In this document: positions 24,130 through 35,935 of the stretch, in pieces
How the letters are laid out: each line of letters opens with the position of its first letter
Position numbering within the stretch: position 1 is the stretch's first letter
Assembly (NCBI RefSeq): GCF_004010195.1
Contig: NC_057719.1
Coordinates: 55,877,014 to 55,940,061 of the forward strand
Direction: 5' to 3'
Length of the DNA stretch: 63,048 bases
DNA from: Chiloscyllium plagiosum
Lineage: Eukaryota
Translations under genes and position numbers: made by a program
Notes under the pieces: generated by a model
Told to the model about the DNA's origin: nothing
Databases searched by the model: none
What the model saw: only the letters and a program-made list of their open reading frames with translations

Positions 24130-25775
24130 ATAGAGCCATAGAGATGTACAGTACAGAAACAGACACTTCAGTCCAACTTGTCCATTCTAACCAGATATCT
24201 TAAATAAATCTAGTCCCATTTGCCAGCATTTGGCCCATATCCCTCTAAATCCTTCCTATTCATATAGGAAAGAGTGCGAGCTGCAAATGCTGGAGATCAG
24301 AGTCAAGAGTGGGGTGCTGGAAAAGCACAGCAGGTCAGGAGGAGGAGAAGAAAGTGAGGTCTGCAGATGCTGGAGATCAAAGTTGAAACTTTATTGCTGG
24401 AACAGCACAGCAGGTCAGGCAGCATCCAGGGAACAGGAGATTCGACGTTTCGGGCACAGGCCCTTCTTCAGGAATGAGCAGAGAGTGTTCAGCAGGAGAA
24501 GATAAAAGGTAGGGAGGAGGGACTTGGAGGAGGGGCGTTGGAAATGTGATAGGTGGAAAGAGGTCAAGGTGAGGGTGATAGGTCGGAGTAGGATGGAGGC
24601 AGAGAGGTCAAGAAGAAGACTGCAGGCCAGGAAGGCGGTGCCGGGCGGGAGGGACTCGGCTGAGACAAGGTGGGGGGAGGAGGGATGAAGAAACTGGTGA
24701 AGTCCAAGTTCATCCCCTGTGGTTGGAGAGTTCCCAGTCGGAAGATAAGACGCTCCTCCTCCGACCGTCGCGTTGTTGTGGTTTGGCGGTGGATGAGTCC
24801 AATGACCTGCATATCCTCGGTGGAGTGGGAGGGGGAGATGAAATGCTGTNNNNNNNNNNNNNNNNNNNNNNNNNNNNNNNNNNNNNNNNNNNNNNNNNNN
24901 NNNNNNNNNNNNNNNNNNNNNNNNNNNNNNNNNNNNNNNNNNNNNNNNNNNNNNNNNNNNNNNNNNNCGGCTGAGAGAAGGTGGGGGGAGGGGGGGTGAA
25001 GGAACTGGTGAGGTCCAAGTTCATCCCCTGCGGTTGGAGTGTTCCCAGTCGGAAGATAAGACGCTCCTCCTCCGACCGTCGCTTTGTTGTGGTTTGGCGG
25101 TGGATGAGTCCAATGACCTGCATATCCTCGGTGGAGTGGGAGGGGGAGTTGAAATGCTGTGCTACAGGTTGGTTGGGTTGGTTCGTCCGGGTGGCCCAGA
25201 GGTGCTCTCTGAATCGCTCCGCAAGTAGGCGGCCTGTCTCCCCAATATAGAGGAGGCCACACCGGCTGCAGCGGATGCAGTAGATGATGTGGGTGGAGGT
25301 GCAGGTGAATCTGTGGCGGATATGGAAGTTTCGTTTGGGGCCTTGGAGAGGAGTGAGGGGGGAGGTGTGGGCGCAAGTGTTGCACCTCCTGCGGTTGCAA
25401 GGGAAGGTGCCGGGAGTGGAGTTTGGGTCGGTGGGGGGTGTGGATCTGACAAGGGAGTCGCGGAGGGAGTGGTCTCTACGGAAAGCTGATAGGGGAGGGG
25501 AGGGAAATATATCCTTGGAGAATCAACTTTTCGGGCAAGAGCCCTGCATCTTCTTAATTATACTCCCATCCAGATGCCTTTTAAATGTTGCAATTGTACC
25601 AGCCTCCACCACTGCTTTGGCAGCTCCTTCCCTCACACACCACCCTCTGCGTGAAAAAGCTGCCCCTTCAGTCCCTTTTATATCTTTTCTCTCTCACTTT
25701 AAAGCAATGTCCTCTAGTTTTGGACTTCACCACCCTAGGGATAAGAGCTTGTCTATTTAACCTATCTATGCCCAT
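24130..25775 (-). mobile_element. CR1 3' end (24130-24265 and 25560-25775) interrupted by a Penelope insertion
   Basis: ccttcctattcatata|...|cccatccagatgccttttaaatgttgcaattgtacc is contiguous in other copies (28262-28320). Confidence 0.85.
24266..25548 (-). mobile_element. Penelope-like element: GIY-YIG endonuclease C-terminus and tandem terminal repeats
   Basis: MQVIGLIHRQTTTKRRSEEERLIFRLGTLQPQGMNLD occurs twice across the gap; Cys-rich CNRRRCNTC and YIGET motifs lie upstream; hammerhead-like core at 24441-24471. Confidence 0.9.
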
Positions 25776-26839
25776 GAGAATTTGTTTCACTGCTAGTGGT
25801 TTCACCATCTGCTATGGATCATCTCTTTTCTCCTGTCAAGTAAATTTCATATCATTACTCTGTCTGAGGTTAAATTATTTCCCAAAAGATTCAGTCTTAA
25901 AGTTTGTGAAGACTGTTACTTGCAGCCAATCCCTGTGACTTTTAAATTCTATTAGAAGTAAGTTGCAAATCAAGATTAATCACTTTATGATCATTTGTTT
26001 TCATCACTGCAATTCAGTATGTCACTGTTTTCTGCACAATATGACAGCATGTAAAATTTTTATGTATTATTTTTGAATTGTTCAGTCCAAGTTTTGATTT
26101 ATTCATTTTCTTTCATGACAGTAAGTTTATTTTCAACTTTAGTAAAACAAAATTCTCAGTCAGACAAACAACTGAATCATCCTCCTCCTGTTTAAATGCA
26201 AGAGTACCTTTATCTGTAAGCTTGTTCCTGGAGAAGCAAGTCTAACATTATCTCCTTTGATGTAAGCAGTTCCTCTTTTTGATGAATAAAATTCTCTTTA
26301 GCCACTTTAAATAAGCTAAGATTATGTTTATGTTACAATGAAATTTCCTGATATTCATTTTAAAACCAGCTCCAGAAATCTTTTACATTTCCTCTGTTTT
26401 CATCCTCTGCTTTTTCTAAAATCTTTTCGAGCAAAATCCACAGCTATTCCATTACAAAATTTTAATTTGCATTCTAAAACTCAAATCCATCTTCATGGTT
26501 CCACAGTAACACAATTAGGTAGAACCCAGTTATTTTGCTTCAAACACTCACTCAATCTATTTCTTTGTCCATTAGGCTGAAATGCTACTACTGCATACCA
26601 TTCGGCACCTCTGGCTTAAAGTTAGACAGAGCCAATTTGTTTACGGATGTCTTTAACTGTTTGCTGTCAGTCTGAATTTTTAACATCTTTGTAAAATCAG
26701 AAGTCTGAACATTTGACTATCAAGAATCTCTTGGGTCAAACCATTAATCTGAATCGCACAATTGTTTGACTAAGTCTGAAATGCATTAATGTTTTTGGAG
26801 GGTTTTCGGTGTAAGGCTTATTTAGTCTATTCACCGTGT

Positions 26840-28180
26840 CTTACTAAACTTATTATATTAAAGTACCTACAATGGCATCTCCCATACCTAATTTCTACCC
26901 ATCTTACTAATAAGAGAACCCATTATTTCCAGGTATAATTCTGGTAAACTTTCTTGGAACCATCTTCAATGCATTTCACACTTACATCCTTCCATGCAAA
27001 AGAAGACAAACCTGCACACAGTATTTGAGATATGGTCTCGCCAATACCCTATCTGAAACATAGCATCCTTGGTTTTGTATTCAATTCTTCGCATAATCAA
27101 TGATAGCATTCCATTAACCTTGTTAATCACGTTGGGTACTGCATACTAACTCTTTGTGACTCATGCATTAGAACAAAGTGCTGCAGATGCCAGAAACATG
27201 AAATAAGAGAAAGTGTTGAAAAATATAAAATATAAGCAGGTCTGGATCATGAGAACACTTAGATCTCTATGCACTTTAGAAGTCTGAAATCATTTTCTAT
27301 TGAAGTGATACTCTGCTTTTTTTTATTCTCCCTGCTGAAATGAATAACTTCACATTGTCACACCAGATTTTGGCCCTCACACTCAACCTGTCAACCAACC
27401 TATCCATATGTCTGTCTGTATCATCCTATGATCACTTCATGGTGTGATTTCCTACCTATCTTTGTGCAATCCACAAAATTTAGCTTCATGCCTTCAATAC
27501 TCTCAACTAAGTCACTAATGTAAATCATAAAAAGGTGAGACCCAAGCCTAGACCTCAACAGACATCCATTCAACACTCCTGCCAATTAGAAAAGACCTAT
27601 TTATATTCACTCGTTTCTGCAGATAAGCCAATCTTCTATCCATGTTAAATGTTATCCCTTATACCATGAATTCCTGTAATGTGCAATAAGTTTTTATGTG
27701 GCAGCTTTCTTGAAAAGTAGTGCATCCATCTTTAGCCATTGTGTGTTGCTCCTTCAACCACCTCCAACAAATTTGTTAAACATGATTTCTCTTTCACAAA
27801 AGCATGCTGACTCTTCTTGATTTTCTTGAAATGTTCAAAAGTGCCCAGACATAGCTTCCTTATTAGTCAGTTCTAACAACACCCCCATGACAAATGTCAA
27901 GTTAACTGTTCTATAGCTTCCTATTTGCTGCTTCCCCCTCTCCCTGAAGAGACGAGTAAGATTTGCTATTTTCCAGTCTCACGGAACATTTCCAGATCTA
28001 GTGAATTTTGGAAAATTGACACTAATGGATCTCCTTCCTTAGTTGTCAGCTTTTTTAAGACCCTAGAGTAAAGTTCATCAGCCCCCAAAAACATAATGAG
28101 CCAACAGCTCCATTTTTTTGATTGGTATCACTTTGATAGTGACTGTAATCTCATAGGGTCCTCTCTCACTTCCACCTCCT
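26840..28180 (-). mobile_element. Old degenerate CR1 fragments
   Basis: Remnants of RT domains (aagcatgctgact, gttaactgttctatagcttcct, cacacagtatttgagatatggtct) collinear with younger CR1 copies. Confidence 0.6.
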
Positions 28181-28189
28181 CATTTATAT

Positions 28190-29300
28190 AGAGTCATAGA
28201 GACGTACAGCATGGAAACAGATATCCAACCTGTCAGCACCCGGCCCATATCCCTCCAAACCCTTCCTATTCATATACTGATCTAAATGCTCTTAAATGTT
28301 GCAATTGTACCAGCCTCCACAACTTCCTCTGCCAAATCATTTCATACACGTACCACCCTCTGTGTGAGAAAGTTGCCCCTTAAGTCTCTTTTATATCTTT
28401 CCCCTCTCACCCTAAAACTATGCCCCCTAGTTCTGGACTCCCGCACCCCAGGGAAAAGACTTTGTCTATTTACCCTATCCATGCCCCTCATAATTTTGTT
28501 AATCTCTATAAGGTCACCCCTCAGCCTCCGACACTCCATAGATAACAGCCCCAGTCTGTTCAGCCTCTCCCTGTAGCTCAAATACTCGAACCCTGGCAAT
28601 ATCCTTGTAAATCTTTTCTGAACCTTTTCAAGTTTCACAACATCCTTCCGATAGGAAGGAGACCAGAATTGCACACAATATTCCAACAGTGGCCTAACCA
28701 ATGACCTGTACAGCCTCAACATGACCTCCCAACTCCTGTACTCAATACTCTGACCAATAAAAGAAAGCATACCAAATGCCTTCTTCACTATTCTATCCAC
28801 CTGTGACTCCACTTTCAAGGAGCTATGAACCTACACTCCAAGGTCTCTTTGTTCAGCAACGCTCCCTAGGATCCTACCATTAAGTGTATATGTCCTGCTA
28901 AGATTGGCTTTCCCAAAATGCAGCACCTCTCATTTATCTGAATTAAACTCCATCTGCCACTTCTCAGCCCATTGGCCCATCTGGTCAAGATCCTGCTGTA
29001 ACCGGAGGTAACCCTCTTTGCTGTCCACTATACCTTCAATTTTGGTGTCATCTGCAAACTTACTAACTGTACCTCTTATGCTCACATCCAAATCATTTAT
29101 GTAAATGACAAAAAGTAGAGGGCCCAGCACCGATCCTTGTGGCACTCCACTGGTCACAGGCCTCCAGTGTGAAAAACAACTCTCCACCACCAGCCTCTGT
29201 CTTCTACCTTTGAGCCAATTCTGTATCCAAATGGCTAGTTCTCCCTGTATTCCATGACATCTAACCTTGCTAACCAGTATCCCATGGGGAACCTTGTCGA
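28190..29300 (-). mobile_element. CR1 (HER1-like) LINE 3' fragment
   Basis: ORFs 28930-29334 (DKVPHG...[22 protein letters not shown]...SKFADDTK) and 28342-28818 (LVRPLLEYCVQFWSP). Confidence 0.95.
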
Positions 29301-29499
29301 GCATTCTATTACAATAATCATTTTTAATCCTCAACTGTGAAAATAGATATATTCAGACAGCTAGTCCTTTTCAGCTCCTGGTCAATAGTAACCTCCTCAA
29401 GATGTTTATATTGTGGGATTCAGCAACATTAATGTCATTGAACATCAAAGCATGATGGTTAAGTTCTCTCTAATTGAAATGGTCATTATCGCAGTTAAT

Positions 29500-29858
29500 T
29501 TTTTTTCTTATTCATTCACAAGATGAGGGCGTCACTGGCTAGGCCCAGCATTTATTGCCCATCCCTAATTGCCCAGAGGACAGTTGAGAGTCAATGATAT
29601 TGGTGTGGGTCTGGAGTCGCATGTAGGCCAGACCATGTAAAGATGGCAATTTCCTTGACTAAAGGACATTAGTGAACCAGATGGGTTTTTCCAACATTCG
29701 ACAATTCATGATCGTCATTAGACTCTTAATTCCAGATGTTTATTGAATTCAAATTCCACTTTCTGCCATGGCAGGATTCAAACTCAGATCCCCAGAATGT
29801 TACCTGGGTCTCTGGATTAACAACCCAGCGATAGTACCACTCAATCATCACCTCCCCA
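29500..29858 (-). mobile_element. tRNA-headed SINE sharing its body and tail with CR1-type family B
   Basis: rc: ggggaggtgatgattgagtggtactatcgctggg...gagtttgaatcctgcc (A/B-box-like)...gactccagacccac...ggcaattagggatgggcaataaatgctgg...A tail. Confidence 0.85.
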
Positions 29859-29944
29859 GCTGGGAAACTGATTAGTCAATTCTAACAACTTCCCCATTAT
29901 ACATGTCAAGTTAACTGGTCTATAATTTCCTAGAACTGAATGAC

Positions 29945-30347
29945 TCGCTATGCCATTTCACAGGGCAGTGAAGAATTAACCACACGCTCTAGCTCAAGTA
30001 AGGACATCACCTTTCCTTCCCTGAAGGGCATTAGTGAATCAGATGTGTTCTTACAACAAAAAAGTTACAGTTGTCTTAAGATCAGATTTCTACCCCTGGT
30101 GGAATTTGAACTTGTGTCCCCAGAGAATAACGTAGGTCTCTGGATTAGAGTGGTGCTGGAAAATTGACGTTTCAGGCAAAAGCCCTTCGTCAGGAATCCT
30201 GCTCCTCGGATGCTGCCTGACCTACTGTGCTTTTCCAGCACCACTCTGATCTAGACTCTGATTTCCAGCATCTGCAGTACCCACTTCTGCCTAGTAGGTC
30301 TCTGGATTACTAACCCAACTGAAATATCACAATGCCATCAACTCCAC
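29945..30347 (-). mobile_element. Older copy of the same SINE, interrupted by a Penelope mini-insertion
   Basis: tttccttccctgaagggcattagtgaatcagatg and ggtctctggattactaaccc are collinear with 29650-29858. Confidence 0.7.
30148..30293. mobile_element. Short inverted Penelope terminal-repeat insertion with 16-bp TSD
   Basis: gtaggtctctggatta at 30132-30147 and 30294-30309; the arms agagtggtgctggaaaa and ttttccagcaccactct are reverse complements. Confidence 0.85.
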
Positions 30348-30646
30348 CTGTAACCAATGCATTAAACATTACCAGACTTCAAGGAGAAATAGATAAACTG
30401 CTGAAATGTTCACGTGCATGGCAGAATAGTATGAAGTGATGTACTTTGCTAGGAACAATGAGCAGAGGCACTATAAGTTAACAGGTACCATTTTAATGAT
30501 CTGGAATTCAAAGACACAAACTTTTGATCGTGGCAGGACAAATTGATAAGATGTTAAAAAAGGACATGGGATCCTATATTTCATGAAGAGAAATATTTAA
30601 ACGCCGAGAATATTACTGGAATGGTATACAGGAGAATGCTGATTAT

Positions 30647-30673
30647 CACACACACACACACACACACACACAC
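30647..30673. repeat. (CA)13 microsatellite
   Basis: Seen directly. Confidence 0.95.
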
Positions 30674-30737
30674 CTACTGGGTGCATAGGCAAACCTGCTG
30701 GACAGCCTGTCACCATTCTTAAGGAGCCAAGAGTCAA

Positions 30738-31202
30738 AGTTTGTGAGAAGATTTGTGGCTTGGGTGCTCATTGTTGTGGTTCTGTTCGCCGAGCTGGGAA
30801 TTTGTGTTGCAGACGTTCGTCCCCTGTCTAGGTGACATCCTCAGTGCTTGGGAGCCTCCTGTGAAGCGCTTCTGTGATCTTTCCTCCGGCATTTATAGTG
30901 ATTTGAATCTGTCGCTTCCGGTTGTCAGTTCCAGCTGTCCGTTGCAGTGGCCGGTATATTGGTCGGTATCTCATCCACAGATTAGTCAATAAGCATATCG
31001 ATCTGCACCCAATATACTGGCCACTGCAACAGACAGCTGGAACTGATACCCGGAAGCGACAGATTCAAACCACTACAAATGCTGGAGGAAGAATCACAGA
31101 AGCGCTTCACAGGAGGCTCCCAAGCACTGAGGATGTCACCTAGACAGGGGACGAAACGTCTGCAACACAAATTCCCAGCTCGGCGAATAAAACCACAACA
31201 AT
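30738..31202. mobile_element. Inverted Poseidon-type Penelope terminal repeats with 14-bp TSD
   Basis: ~200-bp arms 30767-30963 and 31007-31206 are reverse complements; gagccaagagtcaa at 30724-30737 and 31203-31216. Confidence 0.9.
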
Positions 31203-31512
31203 GAGCCAAGAGTCAACTATTTCCAAGTTAGCACAGGTACTGGATCTCATCTTCCCCAGCATAGAAGACCCAATTGATGGATTACCTGACAAAGACATAA
31301 CTTCTATTGAAGCATAAGCAGGAGACAAATGATATTCATTGCCCCAGTGAAAGATTCAGGCTTGGTGCTATGCAAGCCCAGAGTACTTTGGACCATGTTC
31401 AAAGGGACATGCAAGCTCTAACTGCAAAGGTCAGCAGCCTGCCATGAGCTCTGCTACAGCCATGAGAATAGCTCTGCTCAAAAACACTAGACTGATACTA
31501 GGACAGACAATA

Positions 31513-31816
31513 TTCTGGATTAGTGGTGCTGGAAGAGCACAGCAGTTCAGACAGCATCCGAGGAGCAGAAAAATTGATGTTTCGGGCAAAAGCCCTTCAT
31601 CAGGAATGTAGAGAGAGGAGGAAAACTTCTTCAAGGCAGGCATTCTTGCAAAAGGATTCGCAGTAGGGTTAAAATCAACTAGGTAAAAACAATGACTGCA
31701 GATGCTGGAAACCAGATTCTGGATTTGTGGTGCTGAAAGAGCACAGCAGTTCAGGCAGCATCCGAGGAGCAGTAAAATTGACATTTCGGGCAAAAGCCCT
31801 TCATCAGGAATGAGAG
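31513..31816 (-). mobile_element. Tandem Penelope terminal repeats (~204 bp period) with 13-bp TSD
   Basis: Two copies of ttctggat..gtggtgctg...tttcgggcaaaagcccttcatcaggaatg; aggacagacaata at 31500-31512 and 31817-31829. Confidence 0.85.
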
Positions 31817-32059
31817 AGGACAGACAATAGCTCAGTTTTATCTGCTTTATTCAATTTGCTGGATAAAACTGTCATGGACAGATACCTGCAATAAAGGGCA
31901 TCAATAAAAGTATGTGGCCAAGAGAATACTATGACAATGTAAAACAAATAAATTGAAAAGTGAGGATCTATGGAGCAACAAAGATGAGGGATGACTTCAA
32001 GGGAACCCAAATCTCAGTGGCCTCTCATGGAAGCTACTTAGAAAATAATGTTCTGATTG

Positions 32060-32425
32060 TCAACATGAATATATGTGGGAAATCATGTTTGGCAAACCTG
32101 TTGGAGTTTTGTTTTGATGATATTATTTAAAAAATGGATAAGGGGGATATGATGTATTTGGATTTTCTGAACACTTTTGATTCGGGTCCCACACAGTAGG
32201 GTTCATAAATAAATTAAAACACCAGGGATAAGAGGCTATGTACTGGTAAAGATTGAAGATTAAATAACAGAAAGAGAACAGAGAGCAGGAGTCAATAAGT
32301 CATTCTCAAGTTGGTGGTGATATATAGATGAGAGTTTTTGACATGGCAGTTCATATCACTGATTTAGATGTCAGCACCAATTACAATATTTCCAAATTTG
32401 CAAATGGCATAAAATTAGGTAGGCA
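32060..32425 (+). mobile_element. Old CR1 RT fragment
   Basis: GKSCLANLLEF..DMMYLDF..FD..PH and ISKFANGIKLG remnants. Confidence 0.65.
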
Positions 32426-32775
32426 TTTGTTCTTTTTTATTGATTCATAGGATATGGGAATTGTTGGCTTGGCCAGAAATTATTGCCTATCCCTAATTGT
32501 CCTTGAGAAGGTGGAGGTAAGGCGTCTTCTTGAACCACTGCAGTTCTTGAGGTGATAGTGCTACGAAGGAGAGTATCACAGCATTCTGATCCAATAGAAG
32601 TGAAGGAATGGCAGTATGGATGTCAGGCTGGTGTGTGATTTGGAGGAGAATTTGCAGGTGGCAGTGTTCTACTGCATCTGCTGCATTTGTCCTTCTTGAT
32701 GACAGAAGGTGTGGTTTTGGAATGTGCAGTGTAAAGAGCCTTAATGAATTGTTACATTGCATCTTACAAATGGTA

Positions 32776-33599
32776 AAAACAATGACTGCAGATGCTGGAA
32801 ACCAGATTCTGGATCAGTGGTGCTGGAAGAGCACAGCAGTTCAGGCAGCATCCAAGGAGCAGCGAAATCGACNNNNNNNNNNNNNNNNNNNNNNNNNNNN
32901 NNNNNNNNNNNNNNNNNNNNNNNNNNNNNNNNNNNNNNNNNNNNNNNNNNNNNNNNNNNNNNNNNNNNNNNNNNNNNNNNNNNNNNNNNNNNNNNNNNNN
33001 NNNNNNNNNNNNNNNNNNNNNNNNNNNNNNNNNNNNNNNNNNNNNNNNNNNNNNNNNNNNNNNNNNNNNNNNNNNNNNNNNNNNNNNNNNNNNNNNNNNN
33101 NNNNNNNNNNNNNNNNNNNNNNNNNNNNNNNNNNNNNNNNNNNNNNNNNNNNNNNNNNNNNNNNNNNNNNNNNNNNNNNNNNNNNNNNNNNNNNNNNNNN
33201 NNNNNNNNNNNNNNNNNNNNNNNNNNNNNNNNNNNNNNNNNNNNNNNNNNNNNNNNNNNNNNNNNNNNNNNNNNNNNGGTGGCAGGGGAAGGTGCCAGGA
33301 TGGGAGGGTGGGTGTAGGGGGGCGTGGACCTGACCAGGTAGTCACGGAGGGAATGGTCTTTGTGGAAGACGGAAAGGGGTGGGGAGGGAAATATATCCCT
33401 GGTGGTGGGGTCTTTTTGGAGGTGGCGGAAATGTCGGCGGATGATTTGGTTTATGCGAAGGTTGGTAGAGTGGAAGGTGAGCACCAGGGGTGTTCTGTCC
33501 TTGTTACGGTTGGAGGGGTGGGGTCTGAGGGCAGACCGATTTCGCTGCTCCTTGGATGCTGCCTGAACTGTTGTGCTCTTCCAGCACCACTAATCCAGA
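32776..33599. mobile_element. Penelope insertion with inverted end and 15-bp TSD (gap inside)
   Basis: LTFHSTNLRINQIIRRHFRHLQKDPTTRDIFPSPPLSVFHKDHSLRDYLVRS (PLE linker region); atcttacaaa(t/c)ggta at 32761-32775 and 33600-33614. Confidence 0.88.
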
Positions 33600-33770
33600 A
33601 TCTTACAAACGGTACCTACTGCTGCTATTGTGCATTGCTGGTGGAGAGACTGAATGTGGAGAGAGATGAGTGCCAATGAAGTGGCCCGCTTTGTCCTGGA
33701 TGGTGTTGAACTCTTTGAGCCAAAACATCCAGGCACTCCTAACATGTGCCTTGCAGACAGTGTACAGTAT

Positions 33771-34079
33771 TTTAGATTAGATTCCCTACAGTATGGAAAC
33801 AGGCCCTTCGGCCCAACAAGTCCTTACTGAGCCTCTGAAGAGTCACCCACCTAGTGTCACTCCCTTAACTAATGTACCTAACACTAGGGGCAATTTAGCA
33901 TCGTCAATTCTTTGCACATCTTTGGACTGTGGGAGGAAACCGGAGCACCCAGAGGAAACCCACACAGACTCGGGGAGAATGTGCAAACTCCACACAGACA
34001 GTAGCCCGAGGCAGAAATCGAACCCGGGTCCCTGGCACTGTGAGGCAGCAGTGCTAACCACTGAGCCACCTTGCCACCC
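33771..34079 (-). mobile_element. HE1-type V-SINE
   Basis: Reverse complement of the 10356 element. Confidence 0.95.
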
Positions 34080-34242
34080 TTAAATATGAGGAAGTGAGCT
34101 ACTTGCTTTCCTGACCCACTTTTGTAGCCACAATATTTAAATATCTAGTCCAATTTAGCTTCTCACGAATGTTAACATGCTGAAAATTCATAATGGAGGT
34201 ATTCAGTGATGATAATGCCATTAATAGAATCATGGAATGCTG

Positions 34243-34600
34243 ACAGTGTGGAAGCAGACCATTCCATCCCTACACTGTGGAAGCAAGCAAGTCTACACTG
34301 ACCCTCCAAACAGCATCCCACCCAAACCCCCAAACTACCCCAGTTACCCCACATTTCCCATGGCTAATCCACCTCATCTACACACCCTGGAGACTTAGCA
34401 ATTTAGCACAGCCAATCCACCTAACCTGCACATCTTCAGATTGTGAGAGGAATCCGAAACACTCAGAGTAAATCCACACAGACACAGGGAGAATGTACAA
34501 ACTCCACACAGTGGTCCAGGATTGGAATCGAACCTAGTGGTTCCTGGTGCTGTGAGGCAGCAGTGATAACCATTGAACCCTGTGCTACCATGCTGCCCCC
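34243..34600 (-). mobile_element. HE1-type V-SINE (older)
   Basis: V-domain and tRNA-like head on the minus strand. Confidence 0.85.
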
Positions 34601-34779
34601 TTAATGTCATGGAACATTATTGGATTCTCTCTTTTTGGAGATGGATTTTAACTGGCACTTGTGAGGCATGAATATTACTTGCCACTTGTTTGCTGCATTT
34701 AGATATGGAAGTGGACAGCCACAGTAAGATCTATACAACATTCAGGTTCGGGATAATAAGTGACAAGTAATGAGTGTAT

Positions 34780-35935
34780 TGTAAGGGTGATGCAAAGAGG
34801 CTTTAAGCCAACTTGGACAGGCTCACTGAGTTGGCAAGAACATGGCAGGTAGAATATTATGTGGATAACTGTGAGCTTATCCATTTTAGTAGGAGGAACA
34901 GAGTATTTCTTAAGTGGTGAAAGGCTGAGAAGTGTCAATATCAAAAAGTAACAAGTATCCTTGTTCAGAACTCACAGAAGTGTAAAATGCAGGTTCCACA
35001 AGCATATGGCATGATGGCTTTTATTCCAAAAGGATTTAAGTACAGGAGCAAGCATATCTAGCTTCAGTTGTATGGAACTTTGGTGAAATACAGTGTTGGT
35101 CCCCTTGTCTAATGAAGGATATACTTGCTATAGAAAGAATGTAGTCAAAAAGTGTGGCACTGGAAAAGTATAAACTGTCAGGCAGCATCTGAAAAGCAGG
35201 ACAGTCAACGTTTCAAACATAAGCTCTTTATCACATTCCTGATGAAGAGCTTATGCTTGAAACGTCGACTCTCCTGCCTCGGATGCTGCCTGACCTGTTG
35301 CGCTTTTCCAGCACCATACTTTTTGACTCTGAACTCCAGCATCTGCAGTCCTCACTTTCTCCATAGAGAGAATGTAGCAAAGGTTCACTAGATTAATTCC
35401 TAGGATTCCAGTACTTCCTAGAAGGAGATATTGGGGAGACTGGGCCCTTCATTCCCTCGCGCTTAGAAGAATAAAAGGTGATTTCGTAGAACTTACAAAA
35501 TTCTGAAAGACGTTGACATCTAGATGCACGAAGGATGTTTCCCTGGATGTGCAGCCTAGAACCAAAGATATAGTCTCAGAAAGGGACTGAGATGAGGAGG
35601 ACATTCCTCACTTAAAGGATGCTGAATCTTTGGAATTCTTTACCTATGTTCCCTCAAATTATTTCCTCTCCTGCTCAGAGTTCCAAGGTCAGAAGCTTAT
35701 CGCAGTATGCAGAACTTCCAAGTGCTGCATGCAGTTGAGAGAATATGTTGTTCTCTATAAAAGAGGACTGTGGAAGTTCAGACATTAAGTATGACAGAGA
35801 TCATTGGATTTGACATCAAAGGATTATGGAGATAACAGGGCAAAATGCTGCTGTGACAGATGATTAACCACGATCTGGAAAGGTGCAGCTGACTCGACGG
35901 GCTGAATAGTCTACTCCTGTGTTTACATTCCCACA
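34780..35935 (+). mobile_element. Old CR1 3' fragment
   Basis: LDRLTELARTWQVEY, YRSKHI*LQLYGTLV and LRRIKGDFVELTK remnants; tail gggctgaatagtctactcctg. Confidence 0.75.
35145..35362. mobile_element. Short inverted Penelope insertion with 15-bp TSD
   Basis: atag(a)a/gagaatgtag-type duplication: atagaaagaatgtag 35130-35144 and atagagagaatgtag 35363-35377; head-to-head arms with a hammerhead-like core at 35239-35270. Confidence 0.85.

Larger units (their letters stand above)
32430..34745 (-). mobile_element. CR1-type family B 3' part fragmented by a Penelope and two HE1 insertions
   Basis: Tail ttattgcctatccctaattgtccttgagaaggtgg at 32480; collinear pieces at 33615-33765, 34085-34235 and 34600-34745. 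Confidence 0.75.

Noticed and set aside
31513..31816. CRISPR-like repeated palindromes (tttcgggcaaaagccc)
   Set aside because: Eukaryotic context, only two units, no unique spacers; explained as Penelope terminal repeats.
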